From contig CAWVVV010000004.1 in assembly GCA_963933835.1 (NCBI GenBank), forward strand, positions 64,001 to 128,000: DNA of 64,000 nucleotides. Reading direction: 5' to 3'. The notes beneath the pieces were generated by a model. The model saw only the letters and a program-made list of their open reading frames with translations, ran no database searches and was not told the origin of the DNA. Both the position numbers and the translations under genes were made by a program. This DNA is from an uncultured Puniceicoccaceae bacterium (GTDB taxonomy: Bacteria; Verrucomicrobiota; Verrucomicrobiia; Opitutales; Oceanipulchritudinaceae). The first letter of the stretch is position 1; each line of letters opens with the position of its first letter. This document shows positions 1 to 9,592 of this stretch, piece by piece.

Positions 1-302
1 TCACCTCAGATACACCCGATATTGTGGAGCGCTACCCATCACTTTTGACGAAGCCCGTTCCTGCAGGTGGTCTCAAAGGCTGGCGCATCATTTTCACGGG
101 GTGGGGCTTCCCGCTTTCCTTTTCGCCGCTGGCGGAAGCCGGTGCAAAGCAAGCAGGGACGGCAACTATTCTCGCAATCAACTCAAGCGAATTAGAGCGC
201 TGGGCATGTCGTGACCTTTTGGATAAAAAAGGTGGTTTCACAAGTTTGAGTGAACGAGGAGCGAGCATAATTGAGCTGATCTTTGTTGGCGATATTCGTT
301 AG
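1..302 (+). CDS. 3' end of a gene entering the window; hypothetical, possibly the C-terminus of an Opitutae-type M23 peptidase family protein
   Basis: Frame is open from the window edge (TSDTPDIVERYPSLLTKP...GWRIIFTGWGFP) to TAG at 300-302. Family assignment is recalled similarity only. Confidence 0.45.
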   Translation, partial: TSDTPDIVERYPSLLTKPVPAGGLKGWRIIFTGWGFPLSFSPLAEAGAKQAGTATILAINSSELERWACRDLLDKKGGFTSLSERGASIIELIFVGDIR

Positions 303-407
303 CAGGCAGTTTTTATGGTTATCCGGTTGGACTCCGTGCCGATCGCAGATCGAATAGGCTTGCGCCCTTAGATGCTACAGAGGGCAATGCAGCTTCTTTC
401 GACGACC

Positions 408-1562
408 ATGAACAAGGACTTTATCAATCCACCGGATCGCACGGGCACAGGTAGCCTGAAGTGGGAAAAATATGCTGGGCGCGACATCTTGCCGATGTGG
501 GTGGCGGACATGGATCTGCCCTCGCCGCCGGCGGTGATGGAGGCGTTGCGAGCACGCGTAGATCACGGTGTTTTTGGATACACTTTACAGCACGAAGGTG
601 TGGTCACCGCGGTGCAGGATTATCTCAAAAGCACCCACAAGATTGAAGTCGAAAGTGCCGCCTTGCTTTGGTTCCCGGGTCTCGTCCCCGCCCTGAACAC
701 CGCTGCGCGCGCTTTTGCAGAGCCCGGTGAGGCTATCATTACGCTGACGCCAGTCTATCCGCCTTTTTTATCTGCGCCGGGGAACCAATCGCGCGCGATC
801 CAAGCGGTGCCTTTGGCTGAAAGTGATGAGGGCTACACGATCGACTTCGATGCACTGGAGTCGGCGGTCACCCCGAAGACGAAGGTTTTCTACCTCTGTA
901 ATCCGCACAATCCCGTCGGGCGTGTCTACCGTCGCGACGAACTCGAAGCGGTTCTTCGCTTCTGCGAGAAGTTTGATCTCATCATTGTCGCAGATGAAAT
1001 CCACAGTGACCTCATCCTCGATGAGGGGCTTGAGCATATCTCAATGCTTTCGCTCCCTGGGGCAGTAGAGCGGACAGTTGGGCTCTATGCGCCGAGTAAA
1101 ACCTATAATCTCCCCGGTCTTGCTTGTAGCTACATCGTGGCACCGGACCGTACCCTGCGCCGTCGTTTTCAGAGAGCAGCGCAGGGCATGATCACAGAGG
1201 TAAACTGCATGGGCTATATCGGTTGCGAAGCCGCTTATCGACATGGTCAAGACTGGCTGGATGATCTGATTGAGCTTCTGAGGGCAAACCGCGATAGTCT
1301 CTACGCTTTTGTTCGAGAAAATTGTCCCAAAATTCAATTACGCCCGATGCAATCAACTTATCTGGCTTGGCTCGATGTTCGTCAGCTTGGCTTGAAAGAT
1401 CCAGTCGCACACTTCGAGGAGCATGGATTGGGCTTAAGTGATGGACGCTTTTTCGGTCATGAGGGCTACATTAGAATCAATCTTGGATGCCCGGAAATAA
1501 CGATGAGCGAAGGCTTGAAGCGCTTGAGGCGGGGCTATGATGCCGCAGTCGCTAGTGCTTAA
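408..1562 (+). CDS. patB: MalY/PatB family PLP-dependent C-S lyase (cystathionine beta-lyase)
   Basis: SLKW, LPMWVADMD, LCNPHNPVGR, ADEIHSDL, PSKTYNLPGL motifs. ORF extends to 372; ATG 408 fits the family N-terminus. Confidence 0.9.
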   Translation: MNKDFINPPDRTGTGSLKWEKYAGRDILPMWVADMDLPSPPAVMEALRARVDHGVFGYTLQHEGVVTAVQDYLKSTHKIEVESAALLWFPGLVPALNTAARAFAEPGEAIITLTPVYPPFLSAPGNQSRAIQAVPLAESDEGYTIDFDALESAVTPKTKVFYLCNPHNPVGRVYRRDELEAVLRFCEKFDLIIVADEIHSDLILDEGLEHISMLSLPGAVERTVGLYAPSKTYNLPGLACSYIVAPDRTLRRRFQRAAQGMITEVNCMGYIGCEAAYRHGQDWLDDLIELLRANRDSLYAFVRENCPKIQLRPMQSTYLAWLDVRQLGLKDPVAHFEEHGLGLSDGRFFGHEGYIRINLGCPEITMSEGLKRLRRGYDAAVASA

Positions 1563-1686
1563 GATTTTGCTTTCGACTCTTCCGCTTGCTTCAGGAGCTA
1601 AAATGCAAAGGCTCTGAGTCTGAAAAGCATCAGGAAGCGACTCGACCCAGCAAAGTTTAGCCGCGAGTCTTTTCTCCACTGCGAAT

Positions 1687-2835
1687 ATGTGGCGCCTTCA
1701 CCGATACCTCTTTTTCTCTACCGCGACAGTTGCACTGCTGAGTGTGGCTGTAATCGCCATCCTGATGGTGGCTGGAAATGCGGTGATGGATCTCTTCGAT
1801 CTCATCGATGAGGGGAAGATCACTTCGGATGCTCTTTGGAAGCTCCTGCAGTTACTCATCCCATATACCATTTCTTTTGCGATGCCGGCTGGCACGGTCG
1901 TAGGCGTGCTCGTTCTTATGGGGCGGCTCTCGGCGACTTCGGAGCTGACTGCAATGAAGGCGTCCGGCATCTCGCTTTGGCGGGTATCAGTACCCGTTCT
2001 CCTGTTTTGCCTCCTCGCTTCAGGGATGACGGCATGGATCAATGCCTATGCAGCGCCCGCGGCCAGAGCTTCCTATAAGGACCTGATCCCTAATGCCATT
2101 CGCGCGGAGCCCCTCCGATTGATCGTGGCAAAGCAGTTTGTGCACGATTTCCCCGGCTATGTCGTCTACGTGGGCGATAAAACAGAGGAAATCATTCGCG
2201 ACATTTGGATCTGGGAGCTTGATGATGAGAAGCGTGCGGTTTGTCTGCTACGTGCGGATACGGGCGACTTGCGCTACGATGCCGACACCGATGCCCTCAT
2301 CCTGAAACTTGAAAGGGGCCTCGTGGAGCTTCGCGACGAGTCGGATCCGAATGACCTAGGTGCGGTTCAGCCGAATTTGTTTTTCGAACACCTTCAGATC
2401 CAGCTCTCCCTTGCCGAGGTCTTCGGTCGAACCCAGTCGAACCATAAGGTGGGTTATTTACCGCTTCCGCAAAAGATCGAGCGTCTTAAGCAGCTCTCCC
2501 GTCGCGCCGAACGAGCAACGCCAGAGGAGCAACGCGAACTGCGCGACGAGGCGATCCGAGTGCAGTTTCGTATTCAAGAAGGTTTCGCCAGCGCGCTGAG
2601 TGCGTTCTCCCTCGGGCTTCTTGCCATTCCTCTGGGTCTGAAGGCGAGTCGTAAGGAAACGTCCTTGAATGTCGCCATCGCAGCAGGCCTGACGATTTCC
2701 TATTATATTCTGACTGAAGTTGTGGGATGGCTTGATGGCACTCCTCATCTTCGACCCGATCTCTTTATCTGGTTGCCCAACGTAGGTCTGCAGGTGTTGG
2801 CGCTCTATCTTCTCTTCAAAGCGAACAAGCACTGA
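1687..2835 (+). CDS. LptF/LptG family LPS export ABC permease
   Basis: LHRYL start, three N-terminal TM helices, GRLSATSELTAMKASGIS motif, periplasmic beta region, three C-terminal TM helices with WLPN. Confidence 0.9.
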   Translation: MWRLHRYLFFSTATVALLSVAVIAILMVAGNAVMDLFDLIDEGKITSDALWKLLQLLIPYTISFAMPAGTVVGVLVLMGRLSATSELTAMKASGISLWRVSVPVLLFCLLASGMTAWINAYAAPAARASYKDLIPNAIRAEPLRLIVAKQFVHDFPGYVVYVGDKTEEIIRDIWIWELDDEKRAVCLLRADTGDLRYDADTDALILKLERGLVELRDESDPNDLGAVQPNLFFEHLQIQLSLAEVFGRTQSNHKVGYLPLPQKIERLKQLSRRAERATPEEQRELRDEAIRVQFRIQEGFASALSAFSLGLLAIPLGLKASRKETSLNVAIAAGLTISYYILTEVVGWLDGTPHLRPDLFIWLPNVGLQVLALYLLFKANKH

Positions 2836-2927
2836 CCCCATTTGTTCGAGTGTTCACACGAACTTAGTTCTCCTCAAAATGCTCAGCAATTCAAATTGCA
2901 CACATCCTTGGCCACAGGCCGGTTTCG

Positions 2928-4508
2928 ATGAGTGACCTACTAGAGAATCATCCCGACGTAAATAAGTCGCTTGCTGAGCTTGGTGTTCGCGGACTGAAAC
3001 GGAACTTCTTTGGCCGGCAGTTTGTCGACCTTTCAACCGGGCGACGTGAACTGCGGGCGGGGATGGTGCTGGCCTTGTCTCTGACCTTCTCTGATCTCTG
3101 GCGCGAGCGTTTGAAAAACGAAAGCCGGGTCGGCGTTGTTCTTCCTAGTGGACTGGGTAGCCTCCTCGTAAATCTAACCCTCCAGATCCTCGGCAAGACA
3201 CCGGTGAACCTGAACTTCACTGCCGGGCGAGCTGTGAATGAAAAGTGCCTCGCGAAAGCAGACATTGAGACGGTTATTTCGGCCGCACCAGTGATCGAGA
3301 AACTGCCGGACTTTCCATGGCCGGAGCAAATGATCGACTTGGTCCAAGAACGCGATCGAGTGGGGAAGTTTGCTGTCATCAAGAATCTACTACGTGGATG
3401 GGCACTCCCCGTTGCACGCCTCGTTGATTGCGGTAGAAGTGAAGAAGAAGCCACGATTTTATTCAGCTCTGGAACAACGGGAGATCCTAAAGGCGTCGTT
3501 CTTACCCAGCGTAATGTCGTGGCAAACCTCCTGCAAATCGAGGCGGTCGGCCTGCTCGACAGTAAGGAAGTCTTGCTCGCTTCGTTGCCGACCTTTCATA
3601 GCTTTGGATTTACCGTCACTCAGTGGTATCCGCTGATTTCTGGAATGAAAGTGGTCAGCCTTCCGTCGCCGCTCGAGACCAAGCGCCTTGGTAAAGCGAT
3701 TCGCGATGAGAAAGTGACCGTGATGATGAGCACGCCGACGTTTTTGAAGCCTTTCCTGAAGCGCGTTCCACCGGAGTGGATAGAGAGTCTGAAGTTCGTT
3801 GTCGTGGGAGCGGAGAAGTCGCCTGAAGGTCTGCCTGAAAAGTGGGAAGAAACCTTTGGGAGCACGTATCTTGAGGGCTATGGACTCACCGAAGCCTCCC
3901 CCGTTGTCTCCTGCAATTTACTGGGAAAAAGCGAACAAGAAACAACGCGGCGTCATGGGACAGTGGGGCGCCTATTCATCGGTATTGAGGCTCGTATCGT
4001 TGACCCGGAAGAAGGACGTCCGCTTGCAAAGAGTGAGATAGGTATGCTCGAGCTCCGGGGCCCTAATTTCTTTGATGGTTATCTGAATGATGCGGGGAAA
4101 ACGAATGAAGTCTTTCGCGACGGTTGGTATGTCACGGGTGATCTTGCGCGGTTCGATCCTGACGGTTTTCTGATCATCGAGGGTCGTCTATCACGCTTTT
4201 CGAAAATGGGTGGCGAGATGGTTCCGCACGGAGCGGTGGAGGAGGCTATTATTCAGGCCTTCGATCTCGAAGACGCCGAGCTTCCCCAAATCGCTGTCGC
4301 AGGTGTGCAAGATCCAGCAAAAGGCGAAGCGCTCGTTCTGCTCGCGGTTCCAGATATCGAACCCGCCGAACTCCGAGAACAATTGTCAGCGAAAGGCCTG
4401 CCAAACTTATGGGTTCCGAAGCGTATCGTAAAAGTGGATACGATCCCAACCCTTGGGACAGGCAAGCTAGATCTCAAGGGGGTCACTCAGGTAGCTGAGA
4501 ACGGCTAA
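2928..4508 (+). CDS. Aas-like acyl-ACP synthetase (AMP-binding domain only)
   Basis: FSSGTTGDPKGV, LPTFHSFG, EGYGLTE, WYVTGD, GRLSRFSKMGGEMV, LGTGKLD motifs. No acyltransferase or MFS domain. Confidence 0.85.
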   Translation: MSDLLENHPDVNKSLAELGVRGLKRNFFGRQFVDLSTGRRELRAGMVLALSLTFSDLWRERLKNESRVGVVLPSGLGSLLVNLTLQILGKTPVNLNFTAGRAVNEKCLAKADIETVISAAPVIEKLPDFPWPEQMIDLVQERDRVGKFAVIKNLLRGWALPVARLVDCGRSEEEATILFSSGTTGDPKGVVLTQRNVVANLLQIEAVGLLDSKEVLLASLPTFHSFGFTVTQWYPLISGMKVVSLPSPLETKRLGKAIRDEKVTVMMSTPTFLKPFLKRVPPEWIESLKFVVVGAEKSPEGLPEKWEETFGSTYLEGYGLTEASPVVSCNLLGKSEQETTRRHGTVGRLFIGIEARIVDPEEGRPLAKSEIGMLELRGPNFFDGYLNDAGKTNEVFRDGWYVTGDLARFDPDGFLIIEGRLSRFSKMGGEMVPHGAVEEAIIQAFDLEDAELPQIAVAGVQDPAKGEALVLLAVPDIEPAELREQLSAKGLPNLWVPKRIVKVDTIPTLGTGKLDLKGVTQVAENG

Positions 4509-4517
4509 AGGAGTCGT

Positions 4518-6164
4518 TTACTCGGTGTCATTTGACTCCGTCTCTGGCTCTTCCTTTAGCGCCGCTTTTTCAGCGGCTTGTTGGGCTTCGCGCTTTTTGA
4601 AGCTTTCGACGACGAGGGCGGAGAGCACTTTGTCTGGGTCTTCTGCCATCGCTGCATGGACGGTGAAGCGGACTTCGCCCGTGTTGCGGGAGATGATCTT
4701 GAGACCGTGTTCGAAGTCTTTGAAACGTTCCTCGCAGATCGTGCGGACAGTTTTGTCAGTATCCACGGCGACATCGAGGATCACATCAAGTGCCTCGTCG
4801 GCGAAGTCTAGGCCGAGCTCGTGCTTACTTTCAAAGCGCTTTGCGAAGTCGATGATTTCGACGCGCAGGCTGTTGCGCTGCAGGTGCGAGTTCTCTTTCA
4901 GTAATGCCTTGAGCGCTTGCTGCGGTTCTTTGATCGTCTCGGCTTTGACCTCGAAGGATTCGATCCCGGTCGAGGGGAGCTCAAATTTAAAGTAGCGGAA
5001 GACCTGCTCGAAGATCGTCATGAGTCCACGGGCACCGGTCTTCTCAGCATGGGCGCGGGTCGCGATTTCCGTGATGGCCTCTTTCGTGATTTTGAAATCG
5101 ATCCCGTAGCCCTTGAAATTGTGGCGATACTGCTCGAGAAGATTGCCTTCTGAACTTGTGAGGATTTGGGCGAGATCCTCGGTTTCGAGTTGCTCACAGG
5201 CAACACGGACGGGAAGGCGACCAACGAACTCAGGCTCGAAGCCGTATTTGATGAAATCGGTCGTCGCAGCCTCACGCAGGTAGTCGGAATCTTCGCGTTC
5301 ACCGGCGGCGTTGCCACCGAAGCCGACCGTGGTCGCATCGACACGCTTCTTAATCGACTCAGAAAGCCTGCCAAAGGCGCCGCTGACGATAAAGAGGATG
5401 TGACGGGTGTTGATTGCACGCGGACGCTTCTTGCCGCCTCTCTGCGCTTCCATCATCGCCTGCATTTGCCCCATCATGTCGCTCGGGGAGGAGAGGTTGA
5501 CGTCGGCATCCTCCATCAGCTTGAGCAGATTGATTTGCACCCCGCGTCCGGAGACATCTTTGCCGCCGCTGTCACCGGCTGAAGCGATCTTGTCGATCTC
5601 GTCGATGTAGATGATGCCGTATTGAGCGAGGTCGGCGTTGTTGCCGGAAATTTTGAAGAGGTCGCGCACGAGGTCTTCGACATCATAGCCAACATAGCCG
5701 GTCTCAGAAAACTTCGTCGCGTCCGCTTTGACAAAGGGAACTCCAATCAGCTTTGCGATTGTGCGCATGAGGTAGGTCTTGCCCACACCTGTAGGCCCGA
5801 GGAGGAGAATATTCTGTTTGTGGTAGTCTCGCTCGAGCAGGCTAGGGTTTTCGAGACACTGCCGCACGTGGTTGTAGTGGTCACAAATAGCGACGGAGAG
5901 GACCTTCTTTGCTTCCTGCTGCTTGACGACATAGCGATCAAGATAATCCCGCATGTCGCGTGGTTTGAGGGAGAAGTTCTCAATCTTAGTGATGACCTCG
6001 TCGTCGCTCGGTGGCTCTTCGATCGTCTCCTGGGGTTCTTCTAAGTCCCGCATTGGCGGAGTCATGCCCATCGGACCGGCAAACTGAATATTGCCCGAGC
6101 GGATGGCATCTTGAATTTTGTCCTGAAGGTCTTCAAAAGGGTTTTTTGGTTCGTCGTCTTTCAT
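4518..6164 (-). CDS. ClpX-like AAA+ ATPase lacking the N-terminal zinc-binding domain, with C-terminal extension
   Basis: GPTGVGKT, DATKFSETGYVGYDVE, IYIDEIDKI, DVSGRGVQ, VGFGG loop, PEFVGRLP, TGARGL. Confidence 0.85.
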   Translation of the reverse strand: MKDDEPKNPFEDLQDKIQDAIRSGNIQFAGPMGMTPPMRDLEEPQETIEEPPSDDEVITKIENFSLKPRDMRDYLDRYVVKQQEAKKVLSVAICDHYNHVRQCLENPSLLERDYHKQNILLLGPTGVGKTYLMRTIAKLIGVPFVKADATKFSETGYVGYDVEDLVRDLFKISGNNADLAQYGIIYIDEIDKIASAGDSGGKDVSGRGVQINLLKLMEDADVNLSSPSDMMGQMQAMMEAQRGGKKRPRAINTRHILFIVSGAFGRLSESIKKRVDATTVGFGGNAAGEREDSDYLREAATTDFIKYGFEPEFVGRLPVRVACEQLETEDLAQILTSSEGNLLEQYRHNFKGYGIDFKITKEAITEIATRAHAEKTGARGLMTIFEQVFRYFKFELPSTGIESFEVKAETIKEPQQALKALLKENSHLQRNSLRVEIIDFAKRFESKHELGLDFADEALDVILDVAVDTDKTVRTICEERFKDFEHGLKIISRNTGEVRFTVHAAMAEDPDKVLSALVVESFKKREAQQAAEKAALKEEPETESNDTE

Positions 6165-6256
6165 TTAATAGAAGTTTTTGCGGAATTCTTGACAGTTTTC
6201 CAAGTGACAGATAGCAAACTACTTAATCATTAAAAACTTCTATCTGTTCTATCGCT

Positions 6257-6574
6257 ATGGCCAGTAATTTAACCAAACGTGACATCGTCTTGAGCATTTA
6301 TGACAAGACCGGATTCCCCCAAAAGGAGGTCCGTGAGGTTGTACAGCAGACTCTCGACACGATCGCTGACGCTTTGGCTCGTGGGCGCAATGTTGAATTG
6401 AGAAACTTCGGCGTCTTTGAACTGCAGGTTCGTAAGTCCCGCATCGGGCGGAATCCGAACAAGCCAGAGACCGATGTCATCATCCCAACGCGCGCTGTGA
6501 TTAAGTTCAAAGCAGGGAAAGAGCTGAGAGCTGAGCTGAAGGACATGGATTTGGATCGATTGAAGTCTGACTAG
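6257..6574 (+). CDS. HU/IHF family DNA-binding protein
   Basis: LTKRDIV, VELRNFGVF, RIGRNP, VIKFKAGKEL. Confidence 0.95.
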   Translation: MASNLTKRDIVLSIYDKTGFPQKEVREVVQQTLDTIADALARGRNVELRNFGVFELQVRKSRIGRNPNKPETDVIIPTRAVIKFKAGKELRAELKDMDLDRLKSD

Positions 6575-6649
6575 TTGTCGGATCGGTTGATTTGTTTTCG
6601 GGATTCTGAGCGCTTGCCATGAACTGTAGGTTTGTCGAAGGCTTAGGTG

Positions 6650-7996
6650 ATGTTTGAACGCCTACCAGGCTTCCGAGATTTTTACCCAGAGGATTGTGCT
6701 CGTAGAAACTACTTGTTTCGCGTCTGGGCACAAACGGCAGTGCGTTTTGGTTTCGTAGAGTATGACGCCCCTGCGCTCGAACCGCTCGAACTTTTTACGG
6801 AAAAAAGTGGGCCCGAAATTGTCTCCCAGCTTTTCAACTTCACTGACAAGGGTGGTCGCGAAGTCACTTTGCGCCCAGAACTGACGCCGTCGCTCGCGCG
6901 GATGGTCGGTGCGAAGGCAAACAGCCTGAAGCGTCCCCTCAAGTGGTTCAGTATCGGTGAGAACTACCGCTATGAGAAGCAGCAGAAGGGTCGCCTGCGC
7001 TCATTTTATCAGCTCAACGTCGATATCCTCGGCGAAGCTGGACCTAGCGCGGATGCTGAGATCATCGCGCTCTACATCGAGACGCTGCGCAACTTCGGTC
7101 TGACGGATGATGACTTCTGCGTCCGCCTAAGTGACCGCGATCTGTGGGTGGCTTACCTCGCGGCGCTCGGCTATGAGGGAGAGGCAGCCTTTGGTATTCT
7201 CGGCGTGATTGATAAGCGAGAGCGATTGAGCCCCGAGGCGCTGGCTGAAAAGCTGAGCCCGTGGTTCAACGACGCGACGGAAGAATTTGTCGCTCAGCTC
7301 GATGCGATTTGCTCGATGCGTGATTTTGAGGAGTTGATGGCCTTTTTCCCGACTTTAGCACCTAATCAAGAGATCCGTGACCGGATCGAAGCACGCTTGG
7401 CCGATTGGTCGAAGCTGATGAGCGGGCTTGAGGCCTTTGGGGTTAAGTCATTCATCCGCCTCGACTTGGGCATCGTGCGTGGGCTCGCCTATTATACAGG
7501 CTTTGTCTTCGAGGTCTTTGAGCGCGAAGGCGAAAAACTTGTTGGTCGCGCCCTTGCTGGTGGTGGTCGCTACGACCATCTCGTTGAGAAGCTCGGTTAT
7601 CCAGCGATGCCGGCGGTCGGTTTTGGCAGCGGCGATGTCACTTTGGCTGACCTGCTCGATAAAAAGGGGCTCTTCCCGAAAGTGGTCATGAGCCCGGATG
7701 TCTACGTCGTGATCGGCGGCGAGGACGAGACGGTTCCTGCCCTCGAAGCGGTTGCTGTGCTAAGGCGTGGAGGCATTTCCGTCGAATACGCGCTGAAGAA
7801 GACCGCCTTTGGTAAGCAATTCAAAAACGCTGGCGCGAGTGGCGCACGCCTCACCCTCGTTTTTGGCTCGGAAGAAGTTGCTCAAGAGGTCGTCAAAATA
7901 AAGGACATGCGTTCGGGCGGTGAAACGACCGTTCCAGCGCTCCGAATCAACGAATGCGTCCAAGCATTTCTGGAAGAAGGCATTCCTGCCAGCTAA
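6650..7996 (+). CDS. hisS: Histidine--tRNA ligase
   Basis: LPGFRDFYP, LRPELTP, YRYEKQQKGRLRSFYQ, VRGLAYYTG, GGGRYD. GTG 6647 is an alternative start. Confidence 0.97.
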   Translation: MFERLPGFRDFYPEDCARRNYLFRVWAQTAVRFGFVEYDAPALEPLELFTEKSGPEIVSQLFNFTDKGGREVTLRPELTPSLARMVGAKANSLKRPLKWFSIGENYRYEKQQKGRLRSFYQLNVDILGEAGPSADAEIIALYIETLRNFGLTDDDFCVRLSDRDLWVAYLAALGYEGEAAFGILGVIDKRERLSPEALAEKLSPWFNDATEEFVAQLDAICSMRDFEELMAFFPTLAPNQEIRDRIEARLADWSKLMSGLEAFGVKSFIRLDLGIVRGLAYYTGFVFEVFEREGEKLVGRALAGGGRYDHLVEKLGYPAMPAVGFGSGDVTLADLLDKKGLFPKVVMSPDVYVVIGGEDETVPALEAVAVLRRGGISVEYALKKTAFGKQFKNAGASGARLTLVFGSEEVAQEVVKIKDMRSGGETTVPALRINECVQAFLEEGIPAS

Positions 7997-8057
7997 ACGG
8001 CATCGACCTGTTTACCGTCTTGTCTTTGTAAATTACCCTCCGATAATCCCGCACCTT

Positions 8058-8684
8058 ATGTTGAAAACCCTTTCGCTCCTGGCGCTGTCCGCCTTGCTGC
8101 TTTTATCCGCAGGTTGCCGTTCGAAGAAAACCTATCCGGTTCTCTACAAGCCAGGTGACATGCCGACATGGCGCGTGGCTGAATCGAGTGGTGAGTTCGT
8201 TGAGCGACCCGTCGTCGTGATCACGACAAACTTGGGCATGTTCACGATAGAGCTCTTTGAAGGGGAGGCACCGGTCTCAACGGAGAACTTTCTCCGCTAC
8301 ATCGATGCCGGTCATTATGATGAAACGATCTTTCACCGCGTGATTTCTGGATTCATGGTCCAAGGCGGTGGCTTCACTAAAGGGATGCGTGAAAAGGTGA
8401 CCAGTGGCACGATTATCAATGAGTCAAACAATGGCCTAGCAAATCGCCGCGGAACCGTCGCGATGGCTCGGACAAGTGATCCCAACAGCGCCTCGGCCCA
8501 ATTCTTTGTCAACGTTGTCGACAACACCTTCCTCAACGGTGGTTCACGGAGTGACGGCTATGCAGTCTTCGGTCGTGTCATCGACGGCATGTCCGTTGTT
8601 GACCAGATCGCTAGCCAAGACACAGGCGAGGGTGATGTTCCGGTTGAGACCGTCGAAATTCTCTCCGCGCGTCGCGATTCCTAG
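8058..8684 (+). CDS. Cyclophilin-type peptidyl-prolyl isomerase, probable lipoprotein
   Basis: Signal peptide with lipobox LSAGC; FHRVISGFMVQGGG, AMART, SAQFFVN, YAVFGRV. Confidence 0.93.
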   Translation: MLKTLSLLALSALLLLSAGCRSKKTYPVLYKPGDMPTWRVAESSGEFVERPVVVITTNLGMFTIELFEGEAPVSTENFLRYIDAGHYDETIFHRVISGFMVQGGGFTKGMREKVTSGTIINESNNGLANRRGTVAMARTSDPNSASAQFFVNVVDNTFLNGGSRSDGYAVFGRVIDGMSVVDQIASQDTGEGDVPVETVEILSARRDS

Positions 8685-8695
8685 GATACTGACCT

Positions 8696-9562
8696 ATGCC
8701 GCTTGAGGTTTTATCGGCGCCGTGGCCTGACTACGAATTACTTGATTCAGGCAATGGCCTGAAGCTTGAGCGCTTTGGCGAACACCGCCTCATCCGTGAG
8801 GAGCCCAAAGCGTGGTGGCGTCCTGCGACGGGTGAGGAGCAATGGAAGCGCTCCTTCGCGACTTGTGATCGGACAGGGAAGTGGAACCTACGTTCGCCCA
8901 GAGAAAGCCGCCAGTGGCAGCTGAAGCTCGGCAAGATACGTTTTGAGGCACGCCTCACCGACATGTCGAAGCATGTCGGTGTCTTTCCTGAGCAATGCCC
9001 GCATTGGAACTGGATGACGGCGAAGCTCAAGCAACGCCCAGGGGCCAGGGTTCTAAACCTTTTTGGATACACCGGCGCTGCAAGCCTTGTCGCCGCTGCG
9101 GCTGGGGCACAGGTCACCCATGTCGATGCCTCAAAGCCGGCTCTCGCCTGGGCTCGCCACAATCAGGCGCTTTCCGGCATGGATGAGCTGCCGATCCGCT
9201 GGCTGCTCGACGATGCCTTCCGCTTTGTTGCGCGCGAGGTGCGGCGGGGGAAACCCTACGACGTTATCTTACTCGACCCTCCGAGTTTCGGACGTGGGCC
9301 CAAGGGTGAGGTATGGAAAGTGGAGGCACAGATTGTCGATTTTCTGCACAACATGCGGCGACTCCTGAGTGACAATCCACTTTGCCTCGTGCTCACGATG
9401 TATAACCTCGAAGCCTCCTCGATCATGCTCGAAAACCTCGTTCGTGATCAGCTTCCGGCGGGTAAAGTGACGGCTGGCGAGCTCGCGCTCGAACCGAAGT
9501 ATGGTCATCATCGCTTGCCGCTCTCGCTCTATGCTCGCTGGGAAACTCCCGCGGGCGCTTGA
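8696..9562 (+). CDS. Class I SAM-dependent methyltransferase (RlmI/RlmK-like)
   Basis: DYELLDSG..KLERFG, KHVGVFPEQ, VLNLFGYTG, ILLDPPSFGRG. Confidence 0.85.
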   Translation: MPLEVLSAPWPDYELLDSGNGLKLERFGEHRLIREEPKAWWRPATGEEQWKRSFATCDRTGKWNLRSPRESRQWQLKLGKIRFEARLTDMSKHVGVFPEQCPHWNWMTAKLKQRPGARVLNLFGYTGAASLVAAAAGAQVTHVDASKPALAWARHNQALSGMDELPIRWLLDDAFRFVAREVRRGKPYDVILLDPPSFGRGPKGEVWKVEAQIVDFLHNMRRLLSDNPLCLVLTMYNLEASSIMLENLVRDQLPAGKVTAGELALEPKYGHHRLPLSLYARWETPAGA

Positions 9563-9592
9563 ACCTTTCTTGAATCCAGCTTTTTATAAGCG

